Shown: positions 17,013-27,942 of the stretch, piece after piece | Numbering within the stretch: the stretch's first letter is position 1 | How the letters are laid out: each line of letters starts with the position of its first letter | IMG/VR virus record: IMGVR_UViG_3300027770_000026 | Coordinates: 124,001-188,000 of that record | Length of the DNA: 64,000 nucleotides | Reading direction: 5' to 3' (one strand) | Made by a program: the position numbers and the translations under genes | The notes under the pieces: model-generated | Seen by the model: the letters and a program-made list of their open reading frames with translations, nothing else | Database searches by the model: none | What the model was told of the DNA's origin: nothing

Positions 17013-20000
17013 TTACCAGTTGTCTACAATACTAGGACCGCTCAGAATCCAACGATTAGTGTCAACCTTTAGCAGTGTATAAATTTCTGTATTGCCCCCG
17101 CTACCGCCACTAATTCTCCAGTCGTTATGATTGCCACCTTCGCCACCAAAGTTGTAACTGTAGCCCGCGGCGTTAATTATTAATCCGTTGGACACGTCGC
17201 CGTCCGTATTAACGTAGATATAACCGTTATTAAAATTATCTACTACCAAGCTAACTGTGTAGCCAATTGGCAATTGAGTTGCTGAATTGTTAGGAACAAC
17301 TAGTGTACTCCCACTTTCACCGCCACTGTAGTAGATAAACTGACCGTTGTGGCTAGCGTTTAGCGTATTGCTCTGATTACCTGGATCAGTAAATGCTCTT
17401 CTAACGCCAGCAAAGTCTGCGTTTGATGTCAGTCTACCCAGTAGGAAGATGCTTACTTCTTCAGTTGGTGTTTGTGTGGTAACATTGGGAGTAGCAGTGC
17501 TGCTTGTCTTTCTAGCATCGTAAACGGTTGGGGTATACCCGCTTATGGACAAACTACCTGCAAGCCATTGATAATCACCAGCTGACCATACATTACCACT
17601 AGTATCAAGTTGTACAACTAACGCACCGAGGGTGCCGGAAAACACACCGCCGCCAATTGCTATGTATCCGTTTTTAACAGCAATATTACTTCCTGAATTA
17701 TACTGCCAGTTGGCACTACCAGTATCTGAATTATTAGTAAGTATTCTTTGCCATACTACATTACCCGCTTCATCAAATTTACCAGCAAACATGCTGGTAG
17801 ATGACGGGTCAACAGTGCCTGACATGTATAGATAGTTGTCATCGCCAACTACTATGCTGCAAGTAATATCATCGCAAGTACCGTCTACTATCTGTGTCCA
17901 CAGTTTATTACCGTTGATGTCAAACTTTGACAAGTACATGGAACTGCCACTAAATCCGCCGTATGTGCCGCAAACATAAACATTACCGTATTGGTCTATG
18001 TCAGCATCTGCACCACTGCAGTTACTTCCTGATGATCGGTTAAGTATGAACTTCTGCCACAACAAGGTGCCATTGGATTGATACTTGGCAACTATTGTGC
18101 CAGCGTCTGCACCCGATACTGCACCAACTTTAACCACCATATCGTCGTCAGGACTGAGAACACCAAATGATGTTCCTAAAATAGTTGTAACTGTGTTGCC
18201 TACAGTCCAATCTCCGGTAGCATCTGCACTAACTGTAAACGTAGGTATACCCACTGTGTCCACTGTATAATTAAAAGTTACACCGCCAGCAGTTACTGTA
18301 CCGCTTGCATTAGCCCATCTAATATTTTGTGCTGACTCAGCATATAGCGCAGTGACTTCGTTTGTGAAATTACCAATGTTAGCAGCATATCCAACAACTA
18401 CTATTTCACTGCTTGGGCCCACGCCCATACCGTAAGCTTCGTCGTTTTGTTGACCGTCCAGCGTCTTTGACCAAGTAACTGTACCATCTGCAGGATTAAT
18501 TTTGGCAGTGACTATACTATTATCAGTGCCGTTATCCACAAAGCCTACCATTATGGGATTACCACTAGTGTCTACGTCTACTACCCAACCTATGCCAATA
18601 TCACCGTAATCGTAGCTCTTAGACCATACAACTACTCCGGTAGTTTGATTGATCTTTGTCAAGACTGGGTACGGACCGGTAGTACTGATGGAGCCAGCAA
18701 CGTAGACGAATCCATTTGCGTTATCTACTGCTAATCCCCAACCATTGGTATAGGTTTCAATAGTAAATTTCATACTCCACACTTGTGTACCGTTGGCAGT
18801 AAACCGAGCAAGACTAGTGTATGAAGAAGTAGTGGTATCAATTTGGTGTTTAAACAACGCAAAAATGTCGCCGTTAGTAGCGTACTCTGTGCTAGTGGCT
18901 ACAACAGGAACATCGTGATATGTATATGTGCTGAAGTCCTGCACCCACTGATTAGTTTTCTCTCCTGCCCATGCTGTTGTTTGTACTGTAGCATCTGGGA
19001 ATGTCAAACTACCATCTGGGTTAAACACCCATTGATTGGTATGGGATTGTCCGGTATATACATTTACAGCGCCATCGTCACCGGTTGCTGGATAATATTC
19101 TTCTCTGTACCCAGCACGGATGTTAACATCGCCGCCTTGGCCAATATTTGAGCCTGGGTTTGAATCGTTAATGTAATCAACAGTGCAGTTACCAGCGGTG
19201 ATATCAATAAACCCACCGTTGCCTTGATCGGAATATCCACCCTCAATGCGAACGTATCCGCCGGCTCCTGTGCCCTGACCTTGACCGCCACGTAGTTTAA
19301 TGTCGCCACCGCTTCCGCCGGCATAGACACCGTTAGTAAGTACGCCTTCACCGCCGGTGCCGCCCCAAAGGTAAACGTCGCCGCCTTCGCCTGGGTTTGG
19401 TGATAACCAATCACTGTCGTCTGTGTTATCAAATCCCTTACGTCCTTGAATGACGATGCGTCGAGCAGCAGGATAATCAACGGTAGGTTTGGGTCCTGTG
19501 ATAATAACTTGGTTAGCTGGATCATTACTGATCTGTAGTGTTCTACCTTCCAACCCGTAATTGTTACGATAACCTACTTGCGACATAATTGGCGGTGTTA
19601 AACTACCGTCCGCATCAAATGTCCATGTACTGGATCTTGCTGTTAAGGGTACATAATCATTTTGCCAACCTCCTCCCACTGTGACTGCTGTAGCTATCAG
19701 TGATGCAGATGTAATTGTTAGTGCGGGATTGGTTACTGTGGTTGTAGCTGTTATATCAACAAGTGTTAGATCATGATCAGCAAAAGTAAAAGTAAAGGAA
19801 GAATTTGATATAGTAAGCTCATCAGAGCCGCCACTTGCAAACGTTCCCGTCAATTCGCCATCTAGTGGATATTGTACAGTGAGATTTTTATTATTTCCGT
19901 CAATTGTTATTGCAAAAGAAATAGTAATATATTTTCCGGTAGGATCAACAATGCTATCACTACTGCTATTGTCGCCGTAACCTGCTCCAAATGCTAAGTC

Positions 20001-21863
20001 GTTTGGAGACGAAAAAGTTCTTGACCACACACAGTCTCCAGTTAGCACATCTAACTTGAGTAGTACGATCTCGTTGTTTGATGACGTGGAATGTTCTGCT
20101 GTAAGATAAACAAATCCCGCATGATAAACCAGACCTGTTCCGCGTAGGTTATATGCATGAGATATTTTCTTTTGCCAACGGCTGACACCTACATTATTAA
20201 TGTTAGTTGATGCAACTATAATATAGTCTGGAGGAGTATCGTTGCCGTTGATTACAACATAGAGATTTCCACTAGGATCTTTGCAAATGTCTTCGCCACG
20301 TAAATTACTTGTGGTGTAGTTAGTGCCAATTCCGTACAAGGCAGTGGTCAGCGAGGGCGGCGCGAACGTTACGGTTCCCAGAATACATTTATAATAGTTA
20401 CTCTGTGCATAGTAACTGCCCACTGCAGCATAAAATACGCTATCATTATTAACTATGGACTTAAAATAACCATCATTATCTATGTCATCTGGTGCGAACA
20501 CGGCTACCAGTGGGGATTGTATATTATTAAAATCTATACCAGCAATCATTGGTCCTTCAAACTGGCCAGAAATAGCAGCAGAATCGGTGCTTGCGTCTGC
20601 TTCTATATCGGTTATTTTTACATCGGCAATTCTAAGTGGGGCTCTTGGTGTTCCTGTCAGGTCAACTAAGTTACCGTCGGTATCCATAGTACCAATATAA
20701 CTTATAATGTCAAGCCATGCATAGCTAGCCACAGCAATTGACTCGTAGGTTGACACTGTAGCTGGCATATAACGCATGCTAGCGTTATAGCTGCCACATG
20801 GCATTCCCGCATTATCAGTCCATGTCTTGCGCCATATTAGTGTGCCGTTGGGGCTATATTTTAAGTATAGGTGATTGCCTTCGCTGTAATCATTGCTAAC
20901 TGTGCTACCTAATACATACGTATAGCCCGCAGCGTCGTATGTAACACTGCCGTTGATAATGAATGAAGGGTCTATCTGTGCAAAATCACCAAATATGTTG
21001 TACCACGGACGACGATCTTCTGCTGTTATTGTGGTTTCAAGTTGAGCTTGAATGTCCACACTACCCGTGTGATCAACCTTTACAAACTTATCGTCGTCAC
21101 CTAGGAACACATCGTAATTTAGATTGTCGCCACTGTCGATGTGCAAGTGACTGTAGTTTTCGTTTGTGCCGCCGCGTACGGTAATATATTTGTTAGCAAC
21201 AAAATCTGTATTGGTTAAGCTGAATTTTACACCATCAACTGAGTTGTCACTGAGTATAGCGCCACTATTTGGTACTGTTAAATTACCGTTAGTGTCAAAT
21301 GTCCATTCTGTGCCGTCTGCCGAAACAATTATACTGCCATCAGATACCGGAATGTCTACACTACTGGTACCATTGAAAATACTTGATTCGCTGCCACCGC
21401 CAATATTCTCAATTGCATTTGGACGCATCTTAGGACGGAATGGGATTTGTGCCCAGTCGCCCGTTACCCAACTTGTAAACATGTTAGGATATGTGTCTGT
21501 GCCAATATACGCATACATGTTAGTTGATTCGTTAGCGGTTGACTGTACAGAAGTATAAGCTGTTCCCGCAGTCACTACATCAATACTGTCAATATGGCCA
21601 TCGTTGTCAATCTCAGGTACTTCGTATGTAGCTAAATTGCTTGGGGTATCGCCATTGTCATAGATATTGTAATTAACTGCGTCGATGACTACCGGAGGCA
21701 CATCAAATATGCGAGACTGATTGCCTGCTTCGTTTACTTCGTCTGCCGAGTATGTGGATGCTTGTGTAACTCCAGGAATGACTATTGTAGTCTCGCCTGC
21801 TTGCAGATCTACTCCGCCTACACGCAGTGTTGAGCTTTGAATTTCAAATGGTTTATTTGCCAT
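17013..21863 (-). CDS. large modular fibre/adhesin protein (beta-propeller-like regions and Gly-rich beta-helix repeats)
   Basis: 1616 aa with K....G...W.K repeats, GGDV.I.(A/G)G repeats and WTFD..G.LT.P linkers. Confidence 0.75.
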   Translation of the reverse strand: MANKPFEIQSSTLRVGGVDLQAGETTIVIPGVTQASTYSADEVNEAGNQSRIFDVPPVVIDAVNYNIYDNGDTPSNLATYEVPEIDNDGHIDSIDVVTAGTAYTSVQSTANESTNMYAYIGTDTYPNMFTSWVTGDWAQIPFRPKMRPNAIENIGGGSESSIFNGTSSVDIPVSDGSIIVSADGTEWTFDTNGNLTVPNSGAILSDNSVDGVKFSLTNTDFVANKYITVRGGTNENYSHLHIDSGDNLNYDVFLGDDDKFVKVDHTGSVDIQAQLETTITAEDRRPWYNIFGDFAQIDPSFIINGSVTYDAAGYTYVLGSTVSNDYSEGNHLYLKYSPNGTLIWRKTWTDNAGMPCGSYNASMRYMPATVSTYESIAVASYAWLDIISYIGTMDTDGNLVDLTGTPRAPLRIADVKITDIEADASTDSAAISGQFEGPMIAGIDFNNIQSPLVAVFAPDDIDNDGYFKSIVNNDSVFYAAVGSYYAQSNYYKCILGTVTFAPPSLTTALYGIGTNYTTSNLRGEDICKDPSGNLYVVINGNDTPPDYIIVASTNINNVGVSRWQKKISHAYNLRGTGLVYHAGFVYLTAEHSTSSNNEIVLLKLDVLTGDCVWSRTFSSPNDLAFGAGYGDNSSSDSIVDPTGKYITISFAITIDGNNKNLTVQYPLDGELTGTFASGGSDELTISNSSFTFTFADHDLTLVDITATTTVTNPALTITSASLIATAVTVGGGWQNDYVPLTARSSTWTFDADGSLTPPIMSQVGYRNNYGLEGRTLQISNDPANQVIITGPKPTVDYPAARRIVIQGRKGFDNTDDSDWLSPNPGEGGDVYLWGGTGGEGVLTNGVYAGGSGGDIKLRGGQGQGTGAGGYVRIEGGYSDQGNGGFIDITAGNCTVDYINDSNPGSNIGQGGDVNIRAGYREEYYPATGDDGAVNVYTGQSHTNQWVFNPDGSLTFPDATVQTTAWAGEKTNQWVQDFSTYTYHDVPVVATSTEYATNGDIFALFKHQIDTTTSSYTSLARFTANGTQVWSMKFTIETYTNGWGLAVDNANGFVYVAGSISTTGPYPVLTKINQTTGVVVWSKSYDYGDIGIGWVVDVDTSGNPIMVGFVDNGTDNSIVTAKINPADGTVTWSKTLDGQQNDEAYGMGVGPSSEIVVVGYAANIGNFTNEVTALYAESAQNIRWANASGTVTAGGVTFNYTVDTVGIPTFTVSADATGDWTVGNTVTTILGTSFGVLSPDDDMVVKVGAVSGADAGTIVAKYQSNGTLLWQKFILNRSSGSNCSGADADIDQYGNVYVCGTYGGFSGSSMYLSKFDINGNKLWTQIVDGTCDDITCSIVVGDDNYLYMSGTVDPSSTSMFAGKFDEAGNVVWQRILTNNSDTGSANWQYNSGSNIAVKNGYIAIGGGVFSGTLGALVVQLDTSGNVWSAGDYQWLAGSLSISGYTPTVYDARKTSSTATPNVTTQTPTEEVSIFLLGRLTSNADFAGVRRAFTDPGNQSNTLNASHNGQFIYYSGGESGSTLVVPNNSATQLPIGYTVSLVVDNFNNGYIYVNTDGDVSNGLIINAAGYSYNFGGEGGNHNDWRISGGSGGNTEIYTLLKVDTNRWILSGPSIVDNW

Positions 21864-21872
21864 GTTTTTTCC

Positions 21873-23915
21873 TTAATCTCTTGTAGTCATTTCAACAGAA
21901 TGTATTCTCAGTGATGCGTTCGAACCGCATGCTGCAGTTTTAGTAGCAACTACTTCGATTGATTTGGTTGTACTGTTTCGCTGTACGGTAAATGTTACTA
22001 ACGGAGAGGTGCTGGTGTAGACTGTGCCATACACTGTCATCACTGGCTCGCCGCCAGGACCACTAAAGCTACTAGCATATCCTCTGCTTGCAATGATTGC
22101 TTCGCATGCTTGACTATGCCAACCTGTTCCGTCGCCTGTTTCATCGGCTTCAACTTGTATCACTAACTTAACAGAACTAATATAATTTTGTACGCTGGTC
22201 CAAACTACTGCACTAGATGCATTTAGGTCTGGTGTTGTTGTTCGTGTGAAACTGTTGTTGAATTCTAATTCACCGTATTTGCCAAAACGCCATTGATTCC
22301 ATCCATTATTCCAATTTGGATCATGCAACGCAACTTGGTGAAAAGAAATTGGCGCACCGGTGTTAGTAGAATTAATGGGAATTGTATATGTACCGGCATC
22401 AAATGTTGCCGGATCCGTTGACGATACATAATGCTGTACGTCATCGTTCTCTGTTATAAATTCTATACTATAAGTCTGAGTCAGATACGTCTCAAGGCTA
22501 GCCTGCATTGTTGCATCGTAACTACTGAATATTAACGTTGCGCCATCCCATATTGCTGTATCGTAAAACCCTTTAAGGTTTGATGTTGATGTGATTATAT
22601 TTACGTGATCAGCTGCCCATATATTACCTTCGCCACCTTTAAGGATGTTAGTCGTCTGGAGATCAAAGGCGCCCTGAGCTGTTAAATTTAAATTATTTGA
22701 AGCTTGGATACGTAGCTCAGGCGTGTAGTAGCTACCTATTTTTTTTACAGTCTTAATTGTTAGATTATCATCGGTCAATGATATCTCATTATTACCAATT
22801 TTGATATTGCCTGGATCATATGCAGTTAATTGATGTGAGCCGTCTCCAAACAAAATACCACTCTGAGAACCGGTTGGGCTTATTTGTCTGCGATAGTACG
22901 CAAAATTGCCGCTGTTCTCTTTTCCCCAATCGGTAAACTTAATGAGATAATACGTGTCGTTGACCGTATCCCACATGATTAGTTCACTGCCAACTAGTTG
23001 CCAACCACCGTGTGACGCAGCGTACAACGGCTTCCATGTTCTTGTTGTAATATCAGTAAAGTCTGCCCAACCATCTGCGTTCCATAATGTGCCTGTTGGC
23101 GAAACATCTGGATCCCAGCTTGCTTCTGCATCACTGTTATAGATGCCGCCGGTGCTTGCTCGCATAATAGTAAGGTCGGTATCTATTGCATCTGCTGCGG
23201 CAGTATCCGCTAATGTGCGTACAAAGTGATAGCTTCCCGCGGTATTAATCAATGAACGGGTATAGGAAAATCCGCCATTGCCATTTAATGTTCCGTTACC
23301 AAAATTGCCGCCGCCGTTGCCAGGTTGCCAAAAGTGAAACTTGATCTTGTAATATTTGTCATTGACTGTATCATGCATGACAAATTCTTTATCTACAACA
23401 CCTGAACCAATGCCATGACCGTTGTTAGCCGCAAGTTCAAATGTGGTATATGTTCGTGCCTTAACATCAGCAAGATCGTTCCAGCCTTCAGAATTCCACT
23501 CTGTACCTAGTGGACTAACATTCCCATTATAACTTGCTTCGACATTGTTAGCACTATTATAAATGCCACCGTTATTACCACGCTTAATTGTTAAGCCGGT
23601 ATCAATAACATCAACTGTGGTTGGACTGTTATTTGGACGTTCAAAGTCAACAGTATTAGAAAGCGTAACAGGGACAGTGTAGGGAGGTGCTGCTGTCAGT
23701 ACGAGAAAAGGCATTTCATTATTAACTGAACCGGTATATCCAACTGTACCCGACGAACCGGTGTAACCAATAACATTAGCAGCAAGCAGCTGATTCAGAG
23801 TGCCTACTGTAACCTTTCTTGTTATATTTGTTTCTACGTCAGTAATAGGTAAAACATCATTTGCCGATAAGTTAGCCAATGATTGAGTAGGCAAGTTTGA
23901 TATTTTAATAGCCAT
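21873..23915 (-). CDS. fibre-like virion protein with an internal duplicated domain
   Basis: MAIKISNLP N-terminus, GYTGS motifs, two copies of D.IDT.LTI.R...GGIYN...SP.GT.WN..GW. Confidence 0.7.
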   Translation of the reverse strand: MAIKISNLPTQSLANLSANDVLPITDVETNITRKVTVGTLNQLLAANVIGYTGSSGTVGYTGSVNNEMPFLVLTAAPPYTVPVTLSNTVDFERPNNSPTTVDVIDTGLTIKRGNNGGIYNSANNVEASYNGNVSPLGTEWNSEGWNDLADVKARTYTTFELAANNGHGIGSGVVDKEFVMHDTVNDKYYKIKFHFWQPGNGGGNFGNGTLNGNGGFSYTRSLINTAGSYHFVRTLADTAAADAIDTDLTIMRASTGGIYNSDAEASWDPDVSPTGTLWNADGWADFTDITTRTWKPLYAASHGGWQLVGSELIMWDTVNDTYYLIKFTDWGKENSGNFAYYRRQISPTGSQSGILFGDGSHQLTAYDPGNIKIGNNEISLTDDNLTIKTVKKIGSYYTPELRIQASNNLNLTAQGAFDLQTTNILKGGEGNIWAADHVNIITSTSNLKGFYDTAIWDGATLIFSSYDATMQASLETYLTQTYSIEFITENDDVQHYVSSTDPATFDAGTYTIPINSTNTGAPISFHQVALHDPNWNNGWNQWRFGKYGELEFNNSFTRTTTPDLNASSAVVWTSVQNYISSVKLVIQVEADETGDGTGWHSQACEAIIASRGYASSFSGPGGEPVMTVYGTVYTSTSPLVTFTVQRNSTTKSIEVVATKTAACGSNASLRIHSVEMTTRD

Positions 23916-23926
23916 TCTATATTACC

Positions 23927-24094
23927 TTAATTTTTGCGTTCACGCAACAATCGTTGATATCTTGCTGCGGCCCACGTTAAACTAGCACTACTAGGGTGTG
24001 CTTGGAATTTTTCCGCAGCTTCCTGCAGAGCTTGTTGTTTAAGTGATTTGTTTGTATCATTTAAACGATGCGAAAACATTTCCTGCAACTTCAT
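23927..24094 (-). CDS. 55-aa protein MKLQEMFSHRLND... (below ORF-track cutoff)
   Basis: ATG overlaps the upstream stop (TAATG). The ORF fills the gap exactly and has an MKLQE N-terminus. Confidence 0.7.
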   Translation of the reverse strand: MKLQEMFSHRLNDTNKSLKQQALQEAAEKFQAHPSSASLTWAAARYQRLLRERKN

Positions 24095-25719
24095 TAGTAA
24101 CTTCTTCCTGTTATCTTTTTGCCCAATGCGCCAATTGGATCGCTCAGTACATCGATTACATCGTGTACCTTGCTTAGTTTTTGTTGATAAGTTTGCCCAA
24201 CGTCAGCTATATCTGCTTTGAATTTTTGAAATCCAGTTAGAGGTTGATCGTCACCTCTGTCGTGCGATCGGCGGCCGTATACTTCGTCGGGACTGCCTTC
24301 AGCTTTAGCTAATACTGCATAATTCACATTTCCGTCGATAGGAAAGTGATGTACTAACCACCAAAACTTATGCTGTTCCACTGTGGAGTTGAATCCGTAA
24401 GTTCCGTCCTGGCGATCAATTACAATAGGCGGGGTTAGTTTGTTACTTTCTAACTTGTACTTAAATGCCTTTACTTCGTCTTTGGGTATGGTTGCAACCA
24501 GTCTGGACAAATCTTTGTTTAGTCCCAAACGGCGTAGCATACCATCTGTTATCTGCACTCGCTTACCTGGACCTTGTGCTAGTTTTGACGGCTTCTTTTC
24601 TGGTTCTTGTGCTGCTTGCGGTGCTGCTTGCGGACGTTGCGGCTGTGGTGCTGCTTGTGGCGCAGGTTGGGGGCGCGGTGGCTGCTGTGGAGCAGCAGGC
24701 GCTTCTGTTAAGTCAACAGAATTAATCCAGTTAACACATTCTGCAACACTCTTGTCCACAGCATTATCCACCGTATGCTCGCCTAGTATGCGTTCAATCA
24801 AAGGTAGCATTGCTGCAACACTTTCGGGAATAGTACTGAAATATGTGCCTAGATTAGTAACGGGCTCTACATATGTTTCCGCAAGATTCTGTGTGTATGC
24901 TTTGTAACCACGCGAACCATTCATTAGCTTGAGGTCTCTGCGGCAGTTAACTTGCTTTTCCTTAAGCAGCTTTAGCAGGGGAACAGTTTTGTTTTCGCAA
25001 ATCTTTTGTGAACGAATTTCGCTTACAAACTTCTTAATGGTGCACAATGTATTTGTAGTTTCTAATATACGCTGTCCCACACGGTCATTCCAATTACCAC
25101 CTTCATCCATGTGGCGTGCCATTGCACGACATCCTGCTAGGTTGACAAATGGAAAGCGAAATCTTTCGCCCTGATTGTTTTCAATGAATAATGCACGAAT
25201 GTTACGACTGCGAGCGCCGTGAACATCGTCGTTAATAATGTCCGCATGCTTGACTTTGATGCGAACATTTTCTAATGCTTGATAGCTACTACGCTTAGTA
25301 CCCGACAATGGAGCAAAGCGACTTTCAGACATTGATTCTTTTGACTGCTTGTCTTGAATTAGGGACTTAATGTCCTTAACTGTCATACCTGACTTGTCTA
25401 GGTCAACTAGATCAAACCCTAGCTGACGGGGTACAGTGTATGCACGTAGGTCACCAACAAACTTAAACCAACGCTTCTTGTCGTTGTTAGCAAACGTATT
25501 GGTTATATTTCTGTTGAAATAAATCTTAAGGTCTGTGGGCTCCATCAGACTGAGAGTAACCATAGTTTCTTTGTCGTTCTGATTAAACAACATGTTGAAA
25601 ATTCTAGCATCGCGAGGGACTAGCGTTGACATGCCCTTCTCGTCAATCATAGTAATGGTTTCAAACCTGTTGCGAATCTTATTAAACAATTCTTCGCAGT
25701 GTTTGTTAGTTAAGTTCAT
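24094..25719 (-). CDS. conserved phage structural/head-associated protein
   Basis: 541 aa with RSRNI..LFIEN..GERF.FP...L.G.RAMARH motif and a P/Q/A linker. Late promoter at 25725-25730. Confidence 0.7.
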   Translation of the reverse strand: MNLTNKHCEELFNKIRNRFETITMIDEKGMSTLVPRDARIFNMLFNQNDKETMVTLSLMEPTDLKIYFNRNITNTFANNDKKRWFKFVGDLRAYTVPRQLGFDLVDLDKSGMTVKDIKSLIQDKQSKESMSESRFAPLSGTKRSSYQALENVRIKVKHADIINDDVHGARSRNIRALFIENNQGERFRFPFVNLAGCRAMARHMDEGGNWNDRVGQRILETTNTLCTIKKFVSEIRSQKICENKTVPLLKLLKEKQVNCRRDLKLMNGSRGYKAYTQNLAETYVEPVTNLGTYFSTIPESVAAMLPLIERILGEHTVDNAVDKSVAECVNWINSVDLTEAPAAPQQPPRPQPAPQAAPQPQRPQAAPQAAQEPEKKPSKLAQGPGKRVQITDGMLRRLGLNKDLSRLVATIPKDEVKAFKYKLESNKLTPPIVIDRQDGTYGFNSTVEQHKFWWLVHHFPIDGNVNYAVLAKAEGSPDEVYGRRSHDRGDDQPLTGFQKFKADIADVGQTYQQKLSKVHDVIDVLSDPIGALGKKITGRSY

Positions 25720-25743
25720 GTTAGTATTTACCTAAATCCAAAA

Positions 25744-27297
25744 TTAATTGATTGGCCTGCTGAATACAAACGGCATGGGCAAATCATTATCCGTTAGTCT
25801 ATCTTTAATTTCGTCGTACAATCCCTGATCCCATTCGCTAACCAATCTCGCCATGCGTGTTATAAGCAATACAGCGGATACTAAATCGTCTGTTTCGCCC
25901 CATTTAGCCGCAAAACTGCTGCCTTTAGCTTCAAAATTCTTAAGTTCTGATATTAGTGCTGCACTGTGAATCACAATTCTATCAGTTTCCACTAGATTTT
26001 TTAATTTAGCGCATGCAGCTAGCTTTTCCCTGTTGGTTGTAGTGAAGCCTTTGCGTGATCTACCGGGCTCCGTTAGGAACAATCCAGCAAATTTATCTTC
26101 ACCTAGATCTCTTATTACTACAAGTGCTGCTTCGCCCAGTGTATTGTTTTCCACAGTATAATAAATCTTGTCATTTTCCCGTGTGTATTCCAATATCTGT
26201 TGCGTTAATTGGCGTAGTATGTTAACCTGCTGCTCAATTGGCGTCTTATTGTGCTGCCACTCTGCTACCTGATACATGCCCGGCAGTTCAAAGACTTCTA
26301 TTGCAGCCTTGTCGCCGCCTGTACCCAAGCAAGGATCCAGTGCTAGCAAATAGGTCTTACCCGGCTTAGGCTTGCGATACCATCGTATCTGCCCAGTCTT
26401 AAATTGTGGATCAGTTGCTTGCATGCGCGATAAATGTAGTGGGTCAATTAGCGTTTCGCTAGCAATAATGAACTCAAGATCGTGTTCACGCCGGAACTTT
26501 TCATCGCCAATTCTACTGCGTTCTTCTGCTGCCCATTCCTCGTCACGTTCAGGATGTTGGCGCCAATCTGCTTTGAATCCATAAAAGCCATTACGTCCCA
26601 GCATGGTCTTATTGCCATATTCGTCAATACACTTGTTGGCTTCGCGCCAAATATCGCTAAACTGGTCTTCGTCGCTGTTGGGTGTGCTAGTAATAATACA
26701 CTTACCACCCGTACTCAGTGTAGGCGATATGGAAGTCCAAAACTCACGTCCAATACGTGGCTGCACGAATGCAAATTCGTCCGCATACACCAAGCTCAGG
26801 CTCATACCGCGTCCTGTTGTTTCTGTAGTGGTTGCGCTTACAATACGCGAGCCGTTGTCAAATTCTATGCTGCCTTTATTGTAGCTAGTAGATCCTGCAC
26901 GTATAAAGTCAGGTACGCTTTCATACCCAAAACGTATTCTGCTCATGATTTCCTGCGCACCTGTGTACTTGTGCGCAGCGATTAGGATAGTTACGTCAGG
27001 ATTAAACATAGCATACCATATGAGATAGCCCGAAGCACAGGTAGTCTTCCCCGTTTGTCTACTCAGCATGGCTACACAGAATCTGTTATTGTGATATGCG
27101 TTAACTAGGTCTACTTGGAATCCAAACGGATCAAATAGCATGCGTCCCTTAACTGGATGCTGTATGTAAAAGTACTTGCGCATGAAGTACATAGGGCCCG
27201 TAACGGGATCTGCACACAATTGCAATTCGTCCAGTTGGTCCTCTGTAAAAGTCTCAACTTTGTGTGCTTGTTTAACTAGGGCCGGCTGAGAATTCAT
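25744..27297 (-). CDS. terL: terminase large subunit (T4 gp17-like)
   Basis: SRQTGKT Walker A, YADEFAF Walker B, TSTPN, LALDP, VENN and DDLV nuclease motifs. Confidence 0.95.
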   Translation of the reverse strand: MNSQPALVKQAHKVETFTEDQLDELQLCADPVTGPMYFMRKYFYIQHPVKGRMLFDPFGFQVDLVNAYHNNRFCVAMLSRQTGKTTCASGYLIWYAMFNPDVTILIAAHKYTGAQEIMSRIRFGYESVPDFIRAGSTSYNKGSIEFDNGSRIVSATTTETTGRGMSLSLVYADEFAFVQPRIGREFWTSISPTLSTGGKCIITSTPNSDEDQFSDIWREANKCIDEYGNKTMLGRNGFYGFKADWRQHPERDEEWAAEERSRIGDEKFRREHDLEFIIASETLIDPLHLSRMQATDPQFKTGQIRWYRKPKPGKTYLLALDPCLGTGGDKAAIEVFELPGMYQVAEWQHNKTPIEQQVNILRQLTQQILEYTRENDKIYYTVENNTLGEAALVVIRDLGEDKFAGLFLTEPGRSRKGFTTTNREKLAACAKLKNLVETDRIVIHSAALISELKNFEAKGSSFAAKWGETDDLVSAVLLITRMARLVSEWDQGLYDEIKDRLTDNDLPMPFVFSRPIN

Positions 27298-27351
27298 AAC
27301 AGTATTTACTTTGGGCTCAGATAGCTTATTTTTTATTCCTATTATATTTCT

Positions 27352-27933
27352 TTATAGATTATGATAAAACTCTTCACCATCAATTTCTAGATCGTTATTA
27401 TATCTTACCGTTATTTCAATGGCAGGAGTATTCATGTGCATACTGTGAAAGATTACCGTAGGAACAACTATTATAATTGTTTCGCCTGTTGAGTTATTTT
27501 TCCACAAGCTTTCCATATTAGCATTATTTTTTTTATCTTTTAAACGTTTCCAGCTAGTAGTGGAAATTAATTTATCAAATAATGATTGCAACGTTATTTC
27601 GGCAATTTCGTCGTCTTCCGGTGGGGGAGTTTTACTGCGCTGTAACGCATCTTGTGCTGCTTGTTTCTTAGCACGGAATGCGCCAAGGTCAACTACATCA
27701 CCTTCACGCAAGGTAGATTTAATCTTTAGTAAGGTCCAACTAGCATCTGCGTCGCTAGCAAACATACGCATTGCATCATCTATATGCATGGCTACGATGT
27801 TGTAAGACTTACTTACATATTGCTCTGCATCTTCCCGAGACATGGGTAGTGGGTCAATGCTACGGTAAGCCTTGTCAGGATTATGAACCACAACATAATC
27901 GCGTGGTTCACCTCTCGTTCCTGAATTAATTAC
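27352..27933 (-). CDS. -1 frame extension of the 490-aa protein (or stand-alone GTG-start ORF 27352-27891)
   Basis: Frame is open from 27951 across the upstream stop. No ATG until codon 17 of the GTG ORF, and the GTG at 27891 lies within a predicted stem. Confidence 0.65.
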   Translation of the reverse strand, partial: VINSGTRGEPRDYVVVHNPDKAYRSIDPLPMSREDAEQYVSKSYNIVAMHIDDAMRMFASDADASWTLLKIKSTLREGDVVDLGAFRAKKQAAQDALQRSKTPPPEDDEIAEITLQSLFDKLISTTSWKRLKDKKNNANMESLWKNNSTGETIIIVVPTVIFHSMHMNTPAIEITVRYNNDLEIDGEEFYHNL

Positions 27934-27942
27934 TTTTTTTTT
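27875..27942 (-). other. candidate programmed -1 ribosomal frameshift signal (A_AAA_AAG plus downstream stem-loop)
   Basis: TCA AAA AAA AAG TAA, then 8-nt spacer, TCAGGA/TCCTGA outer stem and TGAACCAC/GTGGTTCA inner stem. Confidence 0.7.
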
